From an uncultured Gammaproteobacteria bacterium (GTDB lineage: Bacteria > Patescibacteriota > Patescibacteriia > Magasanikbacterales > GWA2-37-8): a stretch of 64,000 nt of DNA. The stretch covers positions 204,830 through 268,829 of the forward strand of contig CAZQUL010000001.1 in assembly GCA_964596525.1 (NCBI GenBank), in the 5' to 3' direction. Numbering within the stretch: position 1 is the first letter of the stretch; each line of letters opens with the position of its first letter. Positions 47,338 to 57,295 of this stretch are shown piece after piece. Position numbers and translations under genes: made by a program. The notes beneath the pieces were generated by a model that saw only the letters and a program-made list of their open reading frames with translations, was not told the origin of the DNA and searched no databases.

Positions 47338-47479
47338 TTGACAGAATCGCAGAATTATGGTATTATTTTTTGTTAAATTTGAGCTCTTTTCAACAAACCG
47401 ATGACGTGGATTTACCTCTTGATTTTTCGAGATGTGAACCTACGCTCATCGGTACACTACGTACTAGAAAGGACCACCC
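47338..47479 (+). promoter_or_regulatory. promoter (TTGACA-17-TATTAT) plus about 110-nt conserved leader, copy 1
   Basis: About 70% identical overall to 48288-48427; the last 40 nt (CGCTCATCGGTACACTACGTRCYAGAAAGGACCRCCC-ATG) are nearly identical in the two copies. Confidence 0.6.
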
Positions 47480-48226
47480 ATGACACACCTAACCACTAAC
47501 GATGGAGATAATAACATCATCATCCTCCCTCTCACCGGAGACCGCGAGGCACTTATTAAAAAAGGATGGATCCTGCAGCTCTGGGGAGCAAAGATCGCCT
47601 CGACCGACGAAGATGAAGAGAGGGAATGGTTAACGTCCTACCTGGCCAACTCTGAAAACTCGGAGTTCGATTCGGTCAAAATCGTGTTCCCACGGGGCTG
47701 GAAGATCGAAAACAACAAGTCGACGGACGGAGAAGATTACGACCCTTATGCGGATTGGTGGGCGGTCGACCACATGGGTCGGAGACGGATCCTCGTACAG
47801 CCTCAAAATAAGCGTGGACATGCCTGGTGGCACATCCTGTCGCGCTATGAAATAAAAATCACTACCGAAACTCCCTGGCGCGAAGATGGTGCCCGAATCA
47901 CCCTCTGTACCGGACAGGTCATCGATGGCGGAAAAAATGTGGTGCGAAAGGTCGGGCCGACAGAGCAAGCCGAACTTTCCGTAGCGTATGAGCTGGCAGA
48001 CTACACCAGATCTCTTCATCCATCCTGGAACGATCCAGTCACCAGCTGGTTCTCTCCAGAATTCAACCCTTTCCGCGGCGAGTTCAGAGCGCACGCTGAA
48101 ATGACACAGCTCTTCACGCACTGGTTCTTCCTGCTGAAAAACAGATCCCACCTGCTCGCTGAGAATTGCGGCGACATAACTTCATTCGCCGAGCGCCTCA
48201 ACGATCAGTCCAGGAATCTCCTGTAA
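47480..48226 (+). CDS. hypothetical protein, paralog of the 45499..46293 product
   Basis: Shared WNDPVTSWFSPEFNPFRGE and FPRGW...WWAVDHMGRRR motifs. Confidence 0.6.
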   Translation: MTHLTTNDGDNNIIILPLTGDREALIKKGWILQLWGAKIASTDEDEEREWLTSYLANSENSEFDSVKIVFPRGWKIENNKSTDGEDYDPYADWWAVDHMGRRRILVQPQNKRGHAWWHILSRYEIKITTETPWREDGARITLCTGQVIDGGKNVVRKVGPTEQAELSVAYELADYTRSLHPSWNDPVTSWFSPEFNPFRGEFRAHAEMTQLFTHWFFLLKNRSHLLAENCGDITSFAERLNDQSRNLL

Positions 48227-48287
48227 CCACCCCCTCGCCCCCGAGGGGGCTTCGCATTAAAAACGAAAGTTGCTCTGTCATTTTTTC

Positions 48288-48427
48288 TTGACAGAATCGC
48301 AAAGTCGTGGCACTGTTTCTCGTTCCACAGCGCTCATTTAACACACCGGTGACGCCGGTTCACAGCTTGATACTTCAAGGTATGATTCAGCGCTCATCGG
48401 TACACTACGTGCCAGAAAGGACCGCCC
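48288..48427 (+). promoter_or_regulatory. promoter (TTGACA-17-CACTGT) plus conserved leader, copy 2
   Basis: See copy 1; precedes an unrelated small membrane protein gene. Confidence 0.55.
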
Positions 48428-48766
48428 ATGTCCGAAACGACCGACCAAGAAGATAACTCCAACGAAGAGAAATCACTCGAGCGTCGCGGCCGCATCGGCC
48501 TTGCACTGCTCGCCCTCCACGACGAAAAGGAAGAGCTGACGAAGCGACTCGGCTGGTGGAGTTTTTTCATCGAGATGCCGTTTCTTGCCGCCGTTGTCGT
48601 GGCAAAGTTCGCCTATCATATCCCCACGGGAGCGGCGGTTCTAGGTATTTTGACGGTGCATCTTTTTAGCAAGCTGCTCCATCGCCTGCTCATGTTTTTC
48701 AAGCGCAGCGAATACGTGGCATTCAAAAAACGCCGAGCCGAACTGCGCCGCCTTCTCTCCGCTTAA
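48428..48766 (+). CDS. small membrane protein (112 aa)
   Basis: ORF directly after the conserved leader with AAAGGA RBS; two hydrophobic helices. Confidence 0.5.
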   Translation: MSETTDQEDNSNEEKSLERRGRIGLALLALHDEKEELTKRLGWWSFFIEMPFLAAVVVAKFAYHIPTGAAVLGILTVHLFSKLLHRLLMFFKRSEYVAFKKRRAELRRLLSA

Positions 48767-48927
48767 AACACGGCGCTGCCTGAGCTCTTCCAAACTCACC
48801 AAAATGCTCCGAAGACGTGGGTACGTCATCTGTGAAACGCCGGCCGCGCGCCGGTTTTTTGATTGACAAAACAGCGCAGGCACGATAGCGTCACTTAAGC
48901 ATGCAGGCTCTAAGAGCGAGGGAGAAC

Positions 48928-49689
48928 ATGTCGAACAAAGAAACTCTGGCCGAAATCATCGAAGCCCGGACCCTAACCTCCTCGGCCGCAGAACAGGACA
49001 TTCTCTTAGCCGGACAAATCGCCGTGGCGCGCGATGTGGTAAATGAAGAAAAAAACGCGCTCGAGCAGCGCATGGAACGCCGAGCCATAGCCTTCGAAAT
49101 CGCTACGGTTCTCGGGGCTCTAGGCCTGGTGTGTTCGTTCCCAGAATTTAAAGCTTGGTGGCTCCTCGGCTACGTAATAATACTTTTTTTACGTTACGTT
49201 CTCCGGCATGCGGTTAACAGAAAAGATGCAAAAAAGCATCGCAAGCTGCGCGCGGCGGAGCGCCACTTGAACCACCAGCTCTTGGGCGATGTGCTGCCGG
49301 CACCGCCACCCAAGAGCCAAGAGTGTTCATCCCGGATAGAAGCACTCGCTTCAGTTCGCTCGGCACTTTATGCTCCTGCCGACCCTTTAACCCCCCACGA
49401 AAAACGCCTGCTCGCCGAGGGTGAGCAGCTTCTCACACTCGATCTTTTGCACGAAGAAGAGAAACGTCGTCTTCTCAAAATTTACGGCAGCGTCTTGCTC
49501 TTTGACCTTACGCTCACGGGGGTGGTCTGTGTAGCTGTACACTGGCATCTCGCCCCAGCGCTCGTGGTCATTGGGGTCGGAGCGCTCTTCTTCCACGCCA
49601 TCTGGAAATCATCACTCCAAGATAAAGTCGATGATATTCGTCGGCTTCGCAACGATCGCTACGAGCTTATGAAAGAGCTTCCTGACTAG
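48928..49689 (+). CDS. hypothetical membrane protein
   Basis: ATG 48928 after GAGGGAGAA; the track ORF starts 27 nt earlier; preceded by a terminator and a TTGACA promoter at about 48873. Confidence 0.55.
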   Translation: MSNKETLAEIIEARTLTSSAAEQDILLAGQIAVARDVVNEEKNALEQRMERRAIAFEIATVLGALGLVCSFPEFKAWWLLGYVIILFLRYVLRHAVNRKDAKKHRKLRAAERHLNHQLLGDVLPAPPPKSQECSSRIEALASVRSALYAPADPLTPHEKRLLAEGEQLLTLDLLHEEEKRRLLKIYGSVLLFDLTLTGVVCVAVHWHLAPALVVIGVGALFFHAIWKSSLQDKVDDIRRLRNDRYELMKELPD

Positions 49690-49848
49690 AACAAAAGCGC
49701 ACTTGCCAAAATCGGCAGGTGCGCTATACTCATAGGGCAGGCGCCCAGGGCCTTAATATCACCTTTGGCATCTAAGGCTCCCTGCGTTGCGCTTGCACCG
49801 ATCATCTCACCTCACCGGGTGGGATGTTTTGTTTATACTCGGAGTGAC

Positions 49849-52086
49849 TTAGGGCATGGCGTTAATAAAACCCATAGTGCTGAGACCAAAAATACCGGTT
49901 CCTTTTACCAAGCCATTAGGATTGAGGATGTCGGCCGCGTGCGCCTCTTGGAAGGCAATCAACGCGCGGCGTGTCGCTGGACCGAAGATCGTAGTTTCGT
50001 TGCCCAAACTTCCGGCGCCGCGGGCCGCTACTACAAAGCCCTGCGCATTAAGAAATTGCTGCAGAGCACGTACGTCCGGACCGGCTGAGCCGAGTCGCAA
50101 GACACGGGCGAAGGCTGCGCGTTTAGGTACCGGAGCAGAAACTGGAACTGCCGATGGGGTAGAAACCGGAAGCGGCAGATTTGCCGGAAAGATCATAACC
50201 GGGCTAGGCGTGGTGGAGGGAGCGGATACGGTAGACGTCGGTACAGAAACCAGAGCTGTACCACCTGAAGACGAGGGTTCGGATATGATGACACGCACGC
50301 CTCCGCCGCCGTACGAAGTTTCACCACCGTTTAACGGATCCGCAATGATTACTGCGGTCGAGGTAGCGCCTGCCGCCGGATCACCGTAGATATCTTGGTA
50401 ATGGAGCGCGACGGTATACGTGCCGTCAGGAAGCGTATCGGATGTTGCGGAAGCTACACCAGAAGCAGTCTGGATGCCGCCCGTGGGAACAAAGGAAATG
50501 CTATGGCGGCCCGTAGCAACGTCGTTTAAAACAATGGTATTGACGGGCGTGCCGCTTGAAGGCGTAAAGGTCAGCTTGAGACTGCCGGCGAGCATCGCTT
50601 GCGGCAACGAGAAATCAACGAGGAAATTGCCGTTATGGGAATACGTGGTGGTAGAAACCGGAGAATGCAGCGAGGGCGGAGCGGTAATCGGTGTTGTTGT
50701 CGCTGCCGAAGCCGAAGCGGTTCCGGCTCCAAGCGCGTTGATGGCCGAGACGCGATAGTTATACGTCGTTGAAGCGACGAGTCCGGTGTTGGTATAGCTC
50801 GTGCCGATTGAAGCGGTATTCGTTACGATCGTAGCAAAGCCGCCTCCAACCGGAGATTCGCGTTCGATTTTGTAACCAGTGATCGTCGATCCGCCGTCAT
50901 CGGGAGTGGACCATGATAAAGAAAGTGCGGTTGACGAAACGCGCGTGACCGCCAGGTTGGTCACCTGTGCCGGAGTGGACGAAACGAATTCCATTACCGT
51001 CGCCCGGCCGCTCACGGCACTATCGGAAAAAGCGAGAGAAGGCGCACCGTCTGGTGTTAGGGCGAGAGAAATTTCGGAAGAGGTGCTGTTCGTTAAGCCG
51101 GGAGCGCCGACGAGTAACCAGTTCGCACCGTCATACCTCATCACGGTAGCTTTGCCCGTTGCACTTCCGTCTCTGAAAGCAAGGTACGGCGTGCCGGTTG
51201 TCCCCACAACAAGCGAAGGAAAAGTTGCTGTGCTGGTCGTAAAACCAACGGAACCGAGCGCCATCCAATTGCTTCCATTGTAAGCCGCAACCGTTGCCTT
51301 GCCCCCATTGCCTTCGTCCGTAAAAGCAAGGTACGGCGTGCCACTGGCATTTATTTTTAACGACGGGCGCGTGGCAATACCAGCCGAAAAACCCGCGGTG
51401 CCGACAGCGCTCCAGCTCGTGCCGCTGAAAGACATGACCGTCGCTTTACCACTGTTCCCATTATCCCGATATGCTACATACGGCGTACCGGTTGGACCAA
51501 TCGCCATGGAATTATACAGCGTTAAACCGGCTGAAAAACCGAGTGTGCCAACGACCTGCCAACTCGTGCCATTGTAGGTGAGAACCGACGTCTTCTGCGC
51601 TTCGTCATCATCGGTAAAAGCAAGGTACGGCGTGCCGCTCGGGCTGATGGCCAGAGACGTGTAGTATGCTGTACCGGTCGTAAAACCAGCACTGCCGACC
51701 TCCACCCAACTCGACCCGTTGTAGGTCATAACGGTCGCTTTGTTACTGTTGCCCGTGTCCTGATACGCTACATACAACGTCCCCGTGGGACCGATGGCGA
51801 GCGATACATAATGCGCAGTGGCAGCCGAAAAACCCGCAGTGCCGACAGCGCTCCAGCTCGTGCCGTTATACATCATAACCGTAGCCTTGGAACTCGCTCC
51901 ATCATCTTTGAAGGCCACATATCGCGTGCCCGAAGGGCTGATTGCATATGACACGTACTGCGCATTGCCGGCCGAAATTCCGGCAGAGCCGAGCGTCTGC
52001 CACACGCCGCTTAATGCGTGCACCGAAGAAGCAGACGCACAAAAACCGACTGCTATGATCAAAAAAAACAAAGCCCTCCTTAACAT
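49849..52086 (-). CDS. secreted repeat protein (745 aa): about eight tandem 45-aa repeats, an FN3 domain and a C-terminal peptidoglycan-binding domain
   Basis: Repeat unit GTSWxxVGxAGFSxGxAxYxSLAIxPxGTPYVAFxDxGNxxKATVMxYNG; FN3 (SWSTPDDGGSTITGYKIERE); PG_binding_1-like tail (GPDVRALQQFLNAQGF...ALIAFQEAH). Confidence 0.8.
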   Translation of the reverse strand: MLRRALFFLIIAVGFCASASSVHALSGVWQTLGSAGISAGNAQYVSYAISPSGTRYVAFKDDGASSKATVMMYNGTSWSAVGTAGFSAATAHYVSLAIGPTGTLYVAYQDTGNSNKATVMTYNGSSWVEVGSAGFTTGTAYYTSLAISPSGTPYLAFTDDDEAQKTSVLTYNGTSWQVVGTLGFSAGLTLYNSMAIGPTGTPYVAYRDNGNSGKATVMSFSGTSWSAVGTAGFSAGIATRPSLKINASGTPYLAFTDEGNGGKATVAAYNGSNWMALGSVGFTTSTATFPSLVVGTTGTPYLAFRDGSATGKATVMRYDGANWLLVGAPGLTNSTSSEISLALTPDGAPSLAFSDSAVSGRATVMEFVSSTPAQVTNLAVTRVSSTALSLSWSTPDDGGSTITGYKIERESPVGGGFATIVTNTASIGTSYTNTGLVASTTYNYRVSAINALGAGTASASAATTTPITAPPSLHSPVSTTTYSHNGNFLVDFSLPQAMLAGSLKLTFTPSSGTPVNTIVLNDVATGRHSISFVPTGGIQTASGVASATSDTLPDGTYTVALHYQDIYGDPAAGATSTAVIIADPLNGGETSYGGGGVRVIISEPSSSGGTALVSVPTSTVSAPSTTPSPVMIFPANLPLPVSTPSAVPVSAPVPKRAAFARVLRLGSAGPDVRALQQFLNAQGFVVAARGAGSLGNETTIFGPATRRALIAFQEAHAADILNPNGLVKGTGIFGLSTMGFINAMP

Positions 52087-52160
52087 ACCGTATGAAAATA
52101 AAAATAATTTCTCTTAGTAGAATAACAGATTTTTAACATCAAAAAAACTCTCCTCGTATT

Positions 52161-54011
52161 TTAATTTTCTCGATTGACCACCTTCATAGTCGCATCTGCA
52201 AAAATTCCGGTTCCTCTTGTCAAGCCGAGCGGGGCGAGAATCTCGCCGGCGTGCGCTTCCTGAAACTTGATGACTGCTGCGGCTGTAAATTTGCCGTACA
52301 AAGAGGTCTCGTTTCCGGGAGAACCAGGGCCCGAGCGAGCGACAAGAAAACCGTGCGAATTCAAGAATATTTGCAGAGCTTTGACATCAGCTCCTTCGCT
52401 CCCCGGTTTGAGAACGCGTTTGAAGATATATGCTGAAGATGTAGGTATTCTCGTGCTCGCCATTGCTGCATTGAAAGGTGGGGCGGCCACTACCGGCTGG
52501 CTAAAAATCATCGGTGTGGAAAGCGGTAAAGCAATAATCGGATTCGGTTGGAGCACCAACGCTGGTGTAGGGATAAATGCCGCAGGCACGGCAACGATTC
52601 CACCACCACCCGGATCATACGTCGTAGCATCTCGCGCGGACGAAACAACACCTGCGCCGAGACTATTAATTGCCGCAACTCGATAGTTATAAACGGTTCG
52701 CGGAGCAAGATCTGTATCAGTGTACGAAGTTGACGACGCACTGCTCGTCGCAATAGTTGAAAAGCCATTACCGATCGGTGATTCACGTTCAATGCGATAA
52801 CCGGTAATGATATAGCCGCCATCATTTACCGGCGCGGTCCACGAGAGAGCAGCCGCACTCGGCGCCGAACCCACAGCTGAAAAACCAGTGACCTGCCCGG
52901 GTACAGTGCGTAAAAAAGCCATCACCACGACATGATTATTGTCATAATCCGAGTACGCCACATACGGCGTGCCGCTTGAACTGAACGCGAGCGACATCAT
53001 GCTTAGGGCAGCGGTTGAAAACTGCGCTTCGCCCACGGTTTCCCAATCGGATCCGTTATAGCTTATAACCTCACCTCTCGTATTGCTGTGCTCAAAGGCT
53101 ATATAGGGCGTACCACTCGGACTGAACGCCATAACCGTATCACCGTTCGTAACCACTGTTCCCGTCCGGGCAAACTGGACCCAATCCGAGCCGTTGAAGG
53201 TAAAAGTTTTTAGATAATAATCGCTGATATCGATCGCTCCGACGTAGAGCGTGCCACTTGCGCTGATGGCAAAAGAAACATTCGCCGCCAAATTCATGCT
53301 CGTAATGGGACTGCCCACCAGATTCCAACTTGAGCCGTCAAACGAGATGATCGTGGGATTGCCGGTACTAATGTTAGAAAACGCGACGTAGGGCGTTTGG
53401 GCGCTGTCAAACGCAAGAATAGGAACTGCGCCCAGCGCCGCCGTATACGGACTACCGACATTTTCCCAGGTAGAACTATTCAACCGCATGATCGTAATGT
53501 GGTAATTTCCATCAGTAAAGGCCACATAGGGAGTATTGCTTGCGGTATTAAAAACAATCTTCGTGCCCGAAATAGATGTGGTTGAAAAATCGGCATTACC
53601 CACCGTAATCCAATCGGCACCGTCATACTTCATGACCATCGCGCGGCTGCTGCTGGCGCCGTTGGCGAATGCCACATGAGGCGCGCCCAGGGCATCCAAT
53701 GCAAGCGAAAGGCCGCCGGCTTGGCCTGGTGAAAAACCGGCATCTCCAACTACGGTCCAACTTGAACCTGAGTATTTCATGACGGTCGCTTTGTTGCCGT
53801 TTGAACCATCTTGGTATGCAATATAGGGAACGCCCCGCGCATCAACAACAATGGGCGTAGTCGCAACAGTACTGGACGAATAATGCTCTCCGCCGATGGT
53901 TTGCCAGGCACCACCAGTTGCCTGCACAGGCGAAAAAAACGCAAAAAAGCCGATCATCATGATCAACCACAACAGACCCCTCCTTAAATATGCCATATCC
54001 AACAAGAACAA
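52161..54011 (-). CDS. secreted repeat protein (616 aa), tandem paralog of the preceding gene (repeats + FN3 + PG-binding)
   Basis: Same repeat family; FN3 (SWTAPVNDGGYIITGYRIERE); GADVKALQIFLNSHGF...AAVIKFQEAH. Confidence 0.8.
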   Translation of the reverse strand: MFLLDMAYLRRGLLWLIMMIGFFAFFSPVQATGGAWQTIGGEHYSSSTVATTPIVVDARGVPYIAYQDGSNGNKATVMKYSGSSWTVVGDAGFSPGQAGGLSLALDALGAPHVAFANGASSSRAMVMKYDGADWITVGNADFSTTSISGTKIVFNTASNTPYVAFTDGNYHITIMRLNSSTWENVGSPYTAALGAVPILAFDSAQTPYVAFSNISTGNPTIISFDGSSWNLVGSPITSMNLAANVSFAISASGTLYVGAIDISDYYLKTFTFNGSDWVQFARTGTVVTNGDTVMAFSPSGTPYIAFEHSNTRGEVISYNGSDWETVGEAQFSTAALSMMSLAFSSSGTPYVAYSDYDNNHVVVMAFLRTVPGQVTGFSAVGSAPSAAALSWTAPVNDGGYIITGYRIERESPIGNGFSTIATSSASSTSYTDTDLAPRTVYNYRVAAINSLGAGVVSSARDATTYDPGGGGIVAVPAAFIPTPALVLQPNPIIALPLSTPMIFSQPVVAAPPFNAAMASTRIPTSSAYIFKRVLKPGSEGADVKALQIFLNSHGFLVARSGPGSPGNETSLYGKFTAAAVIKFQEAHAGEILAPLGLTRGTGIFADATMKVVNREN

Positions 54012-54193
54012 AAAGTAACGCTTCTTTAGTATAGCAAATTCCTGGAAGCTGACGAAGGTTTTTATGCCATACGTACAGTTTCTGTTTAAAATTAAGGTGT
54101 TTTGTCGCTTAATTAAACTCTTGACAAAAGTTCTAAAGTATGGTATAAAAATATGTTACCGGCACCGTCGAACCCCAAGTTCTGGAGGATTGA

Positions 54194-54442
54194 ATGCTCA
54201 AGCAGATAGTGATCTTTCTGGCAGTCTTCGTGTGGAAGCTGACCGTCGGTACGATTGGCGTGATCTTTCGCGCTCTGTGGAAGCTCGCCTGGGTAGTCAC
54301 CGCCGTCGGTCTGCTGCTCTGCCCGCCGGTCGGCCTCGTACTGCTCATGATCATGTTCCTCCTCACGATCACCTACAAGATCGGGGAGGGCATCATCACG
54401 AGCGGCCAAGAAGCCTACCGCATCGCCAGCCGGCGCCCTTAG
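54194..54442 (+). CDS. small membrane protein (82 aa)
   Basis: GGAGG RBS 7 nt upstream of the ATG; two TM helices. Confidence 0.5.
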   Translation: MLKQIVIFLAVFVWKLTVGTIGVIFRALWKLAWVVTAVGLLLCPPVGLVLLMIMFLLTITYKIGEGIITSGQEAYRIASRRP

Positions 54443-54563
54443 CGCCATCGGCCGTCCCGAATTCTCGGGGCGGCTGCATTGTTTATAAAAGCCCGTCCTG
54501 ATTCTAGGATGAGCTTTTATTTTTATTATGAGTTTATAGAGAAACCAGGGTACTCACCGCTTG

Positions 54564-54977
54564 CTACGCCGATACGCTTTTCTTGATCATGCGAGAGTGG
54601 AGATAGAACAGCGGAGCGGCAACAACCAGAAGCGACAAACTCCACACTAAACTCGATTGCTGACTGGCGCGACGGTTTTTCTCCTGATGTTCCTGGTCGG
54701 CCTGGGCAAGCGCATCGCACTGCTCCGGAGTAAGCTTGGTGGAAGTAGCGACCGCGCCACTTGTCACGACCGGGGCAGGTGGAGCTACCATATTCTCACA
54801 GCCGGATGGGCTGTAGTAGCTTGAGTAGTACATGCCGGCTTTGGTGAAGACGAACATTTTGAGCAGATTGTTAAGCACCGAAACCGATGAGAAGACGACC
54901 ATCATGAGCGTGGCTAGCGATACCACGTAGAGGTACAGCATCTTAATGGTAACACGTGGCGAGGAGGAATTATTCAT
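54564..54977 (-). CDS. hypothetical membrane protein, paralog pair member
   Basis: N-terminal and C-terminal TM helices; shares architecture and YY..Y(P/S).. and E.C(E/D) motifs with 54989..55525. Confidence 0.5.
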   Translation of the reverse strand: MNNSSSPRVTIKMLYLYVVSLATLMMVVFSSVSVLNNLLKMFVFTKAGMYYSSYYSPSGCENMVAPPAPVVTSGAVATSTKLTPEQCDALAQADQEHQEKNRRASQQSSLVWSLSLLVVAAPLFYLHSRMIKKSVSA

Positions 54978-54988
54978 ATACGAGGAGA

Positions 54989-55525
54989 TTAAGATTTGGC
55001 GCGTGCCAAACGGATGTAGTAAAGGAACACCGGCAGTGTGATAACGAGGAATGCGATGTCCTGGGCAAAACTACCATGGAGGGAAGAAAGGCGGGAGGTC
55101 TCGCGGGACTTCTTTTCGTACGCCAAACGTTTTTCACACGCTTCCTTACTGACACCCGGTTGTGCGGCCAACATCGTGTCGTCGCAGCGCATGAGGTCGG
55201 GGTAGCCGGCGTAGTACGATGTGTCGGCCTCTCGGAAAATGGTGGACTTAAGAACAGCACTCACCAAATCAGCACCAGAAAAAACGACGGCGATGAGCAT
55301 GACAAAACAGATGCCGTATAAGTACAGGCTCTGCAAGGCTCCGCGCGGGCTGCTCTGCGACACGGCGGCGGAAGCGTTCTCGGGAGCGGGGGCGGTGGAT
55401 CCGTTCATAGGACGTATAAGATAATAATAAATAAGGAAAAAACCACCAATCGGTACGGCGAGCATAAGCGCAAACCGTACGACGACTGTAATGATAATAA
55501 ACGGCGTGACTCCGAATTCAGACAT
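54989..55525 (-). CDS. hypothetical membrane protein, paralog pair member
   Basis: See previous entry. Confidence 0.5.
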   Translation of the reverse strand: MSEFGVTPFIIITVVVRFALMLAVPIGGFFLIYYYLIRPMNGSTAPAPENASAAVSQSSPRGALQSLYLYGICFVMLIAVVFSGADLVSAVLKSTIFREADTSYYAGYPDLMRCDDTMLAAQPGVSKEACEKRLAYEKKSRETSRLSSLHGSFAQDIAFLVITLPVFLYYIRLARAKS

Positions 55526-55542
55526 ATGCAGAAAATTAAGAT

Positions 55543-56532
55543 CTAGAAGGTGAGACCGACTTTTTTACGCACTTCAGCTATGGTGCGATCGGCAATGGCT
55601 TGGGCTTTGTGAGCTCCGACAGCCAGTGCGGCGTGGATTTTTTCGGGCTCGGCCAACAACTCTCGGCGACGGTTACGGAAATCGGCGAAATGGGCACCGA
55701 TAACTTCCGCGACTTTGGTTTTTAGATCAGCATAACGAATGGTGCCGGCTTGTTCTTGCGCGGTAAAATCCGCGGCCGCCTCTGGCGCACCGAACCAGCC
55801 AAGCAGCGCAATGAGATTGGCCACGCCCGGAGCCATGGCCACGCCCGGAGCGGTCGCAGTTACCGCGCGTTTGAGTTTGGCGAGAAGGGCATCCGGTTCA
55901 TCCGCCAAAAAGAGTACATTGCTTTCACCATCGCTTTTACTCATTTTTTTGGTTGGCTCAAGAAGACCCATCACTTTGGGCACGTCGGTGAGCTGGTGCT
56001 GCACGTCGGGGAAATAGTCGCCGTAACGGTTGTTGAACCAGCGGCCGATATCGCGCGTGATTTCGACATGCTGCACCTGGTCGATGCCGACGGGTACGAG
56101 CGAGCCGTGGTAGAGCAAGATGTCCGCAGCCTGTAAAATGGGATACGTGAGGAGGCCGGCAGTAATATTTTTTTCTTGTTTCTGCGACTTGTCTTTAAAC
56201 TGGGTCATGCGGGAAAGCTCTGTGATGGGCGTGACGCACGAAAAAATCCAGGCAAGCTCGGCATGACCGACAACATCGGACTGGGCAAAAAACGTGACAC
56301 GAGAAGGATCAATACCGAGCGCGAGAATTTCGGCTGCGCACGTGAGGCGCTGTTGGCGGAGCTGCTCGGCCGACAACGTGCCGGTGAGCGAATGTAGATC
56401 AGCGATGAAAAAAATGAGCTCTTTATCTCCTGCCGCCTGCATGGTTTGCCATTGCTTGAGCGCGCCAAGATAGTTGCCGATGTGCAGGTTGCCGGTCGGC
56501 TGCACGGCCGACACGATAATAGCTCGTGACAT
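55543..56532 (-). CDS. trpS: tryptophan--tRNA ligase
   Basis: Class I aaRS with HIGH (PTGNLHIGN) and KMSKS (KMSKS); about 330 aa as in TrpRS. Confidence 0.93.
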   Translation of the reverse strand: MSRAIIVSAVQPTGNLHIGNYLGALKQWQTMQAAGDKELIFFIADLHSLTGTLSAEQLRQQRLTCAAEILALGIDPSRVTFFAQSDVVGHAELAWIFSCVTPITELSRMTQFKDKSQKQEKNITAGLLTYPILQAADILLYHGSLVPVGIDQVQHVEITRDIGRWFNNRYGDYFPDVQHQLTDVPKVMGLLEPTKKMSKSDGESNVLFLADEPDALLAKLKRAVTATAPGVAMAPGVANLIALLGWFGAPEAAADFTAQEQAGTIRYADLKTKVAEVIGAHFADFRNRRRELLAEPEKIHAALAVGAHKAQAIADRTIAEVRKKVGLTF

Positions 56533-56734
56533 ACAACTTCTTCTGTGTATAAGGAATATGCTATCCTAATAATACTTTATTTTTAGCACTTTCATATGAA
56601 CATGTCTATACGAAGAGAGAATCTGCCTTCTTCGGAAACGCCGCGTCCCAGTGTTGAACAATCTACCCGTCGAGCACGACGTGATTCGAGTGAGGCGATC
56701 AAAATTCTCGATGACGCTATCTTAAAAAAAGAAG

Positions 56735-57295
56735 GTGGCGATCTTTCAGATATTGCTCGGAAAATGGACCAAATCGCCAAGAAAAAAGCCAAGTAAGAAC
56801 ACCTCATCTACCCCTTTTTCTACCCCTATGCTAAGCTCCTCGAGAGAACCTTCGCAGGGTTCTAAGACGGCAGAGCATCTTCTGCCTGAGGCACAAGAAA
56901 TGAAGGATTATATCGACTTAAAGCTCAATCAGCAGGCCTTGTTTACGATTAAGCCAGAACATATAAACTGGCTTAAAAGCATCGGTCAAAGCGATGACGA
57001 GCTGCAGGCGCTTAACCTTGAACAACCGACCGCCTTCTTCTTAAACCCTAAACGGTTCTTTTTCGAGGATGAAACCCCGGTTTTTGACCGCAAACAGCTC
57101 GCCTATGACCGAGCCAACCACGCCGTCGTGTTTTCTGCACCCGGGCAAGACACGATCCGAATTCCGCTTAACGTGTTTGTTGCCGGGCTCAAAAATGCTG
57201 AAACACAAAAACAAATTTTCGCCATCAGCTCACTGACCCGCGAAGACGTGGCAACGGTCGACAATGTGGTGCGCTACCTGGAACAACAAACCTAG
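56735..57295 (+). CDS. hypothetical protein; start uncertain (internal ATGs at 56828 and 56900, the latter after GAGG)
   Basis: ORF track only. Confidence 0.35.
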   Translation: MAIFQILLGKWTKSPRKKPSKNTSSTPFSTPMLSSSREPSQGSKTAEHLLPEAQEMKDYIDLKLNQQALFTIKPEHINWLKSIGQSDDELQALNLEQPTAFFLNPKRFFFEDETPVFDRKQLAYDRANHAVVFSAPGQDTIRIPLNVFVAGLKNAETQKQIFAISSLTREDVATVDNVVRYLEQQT

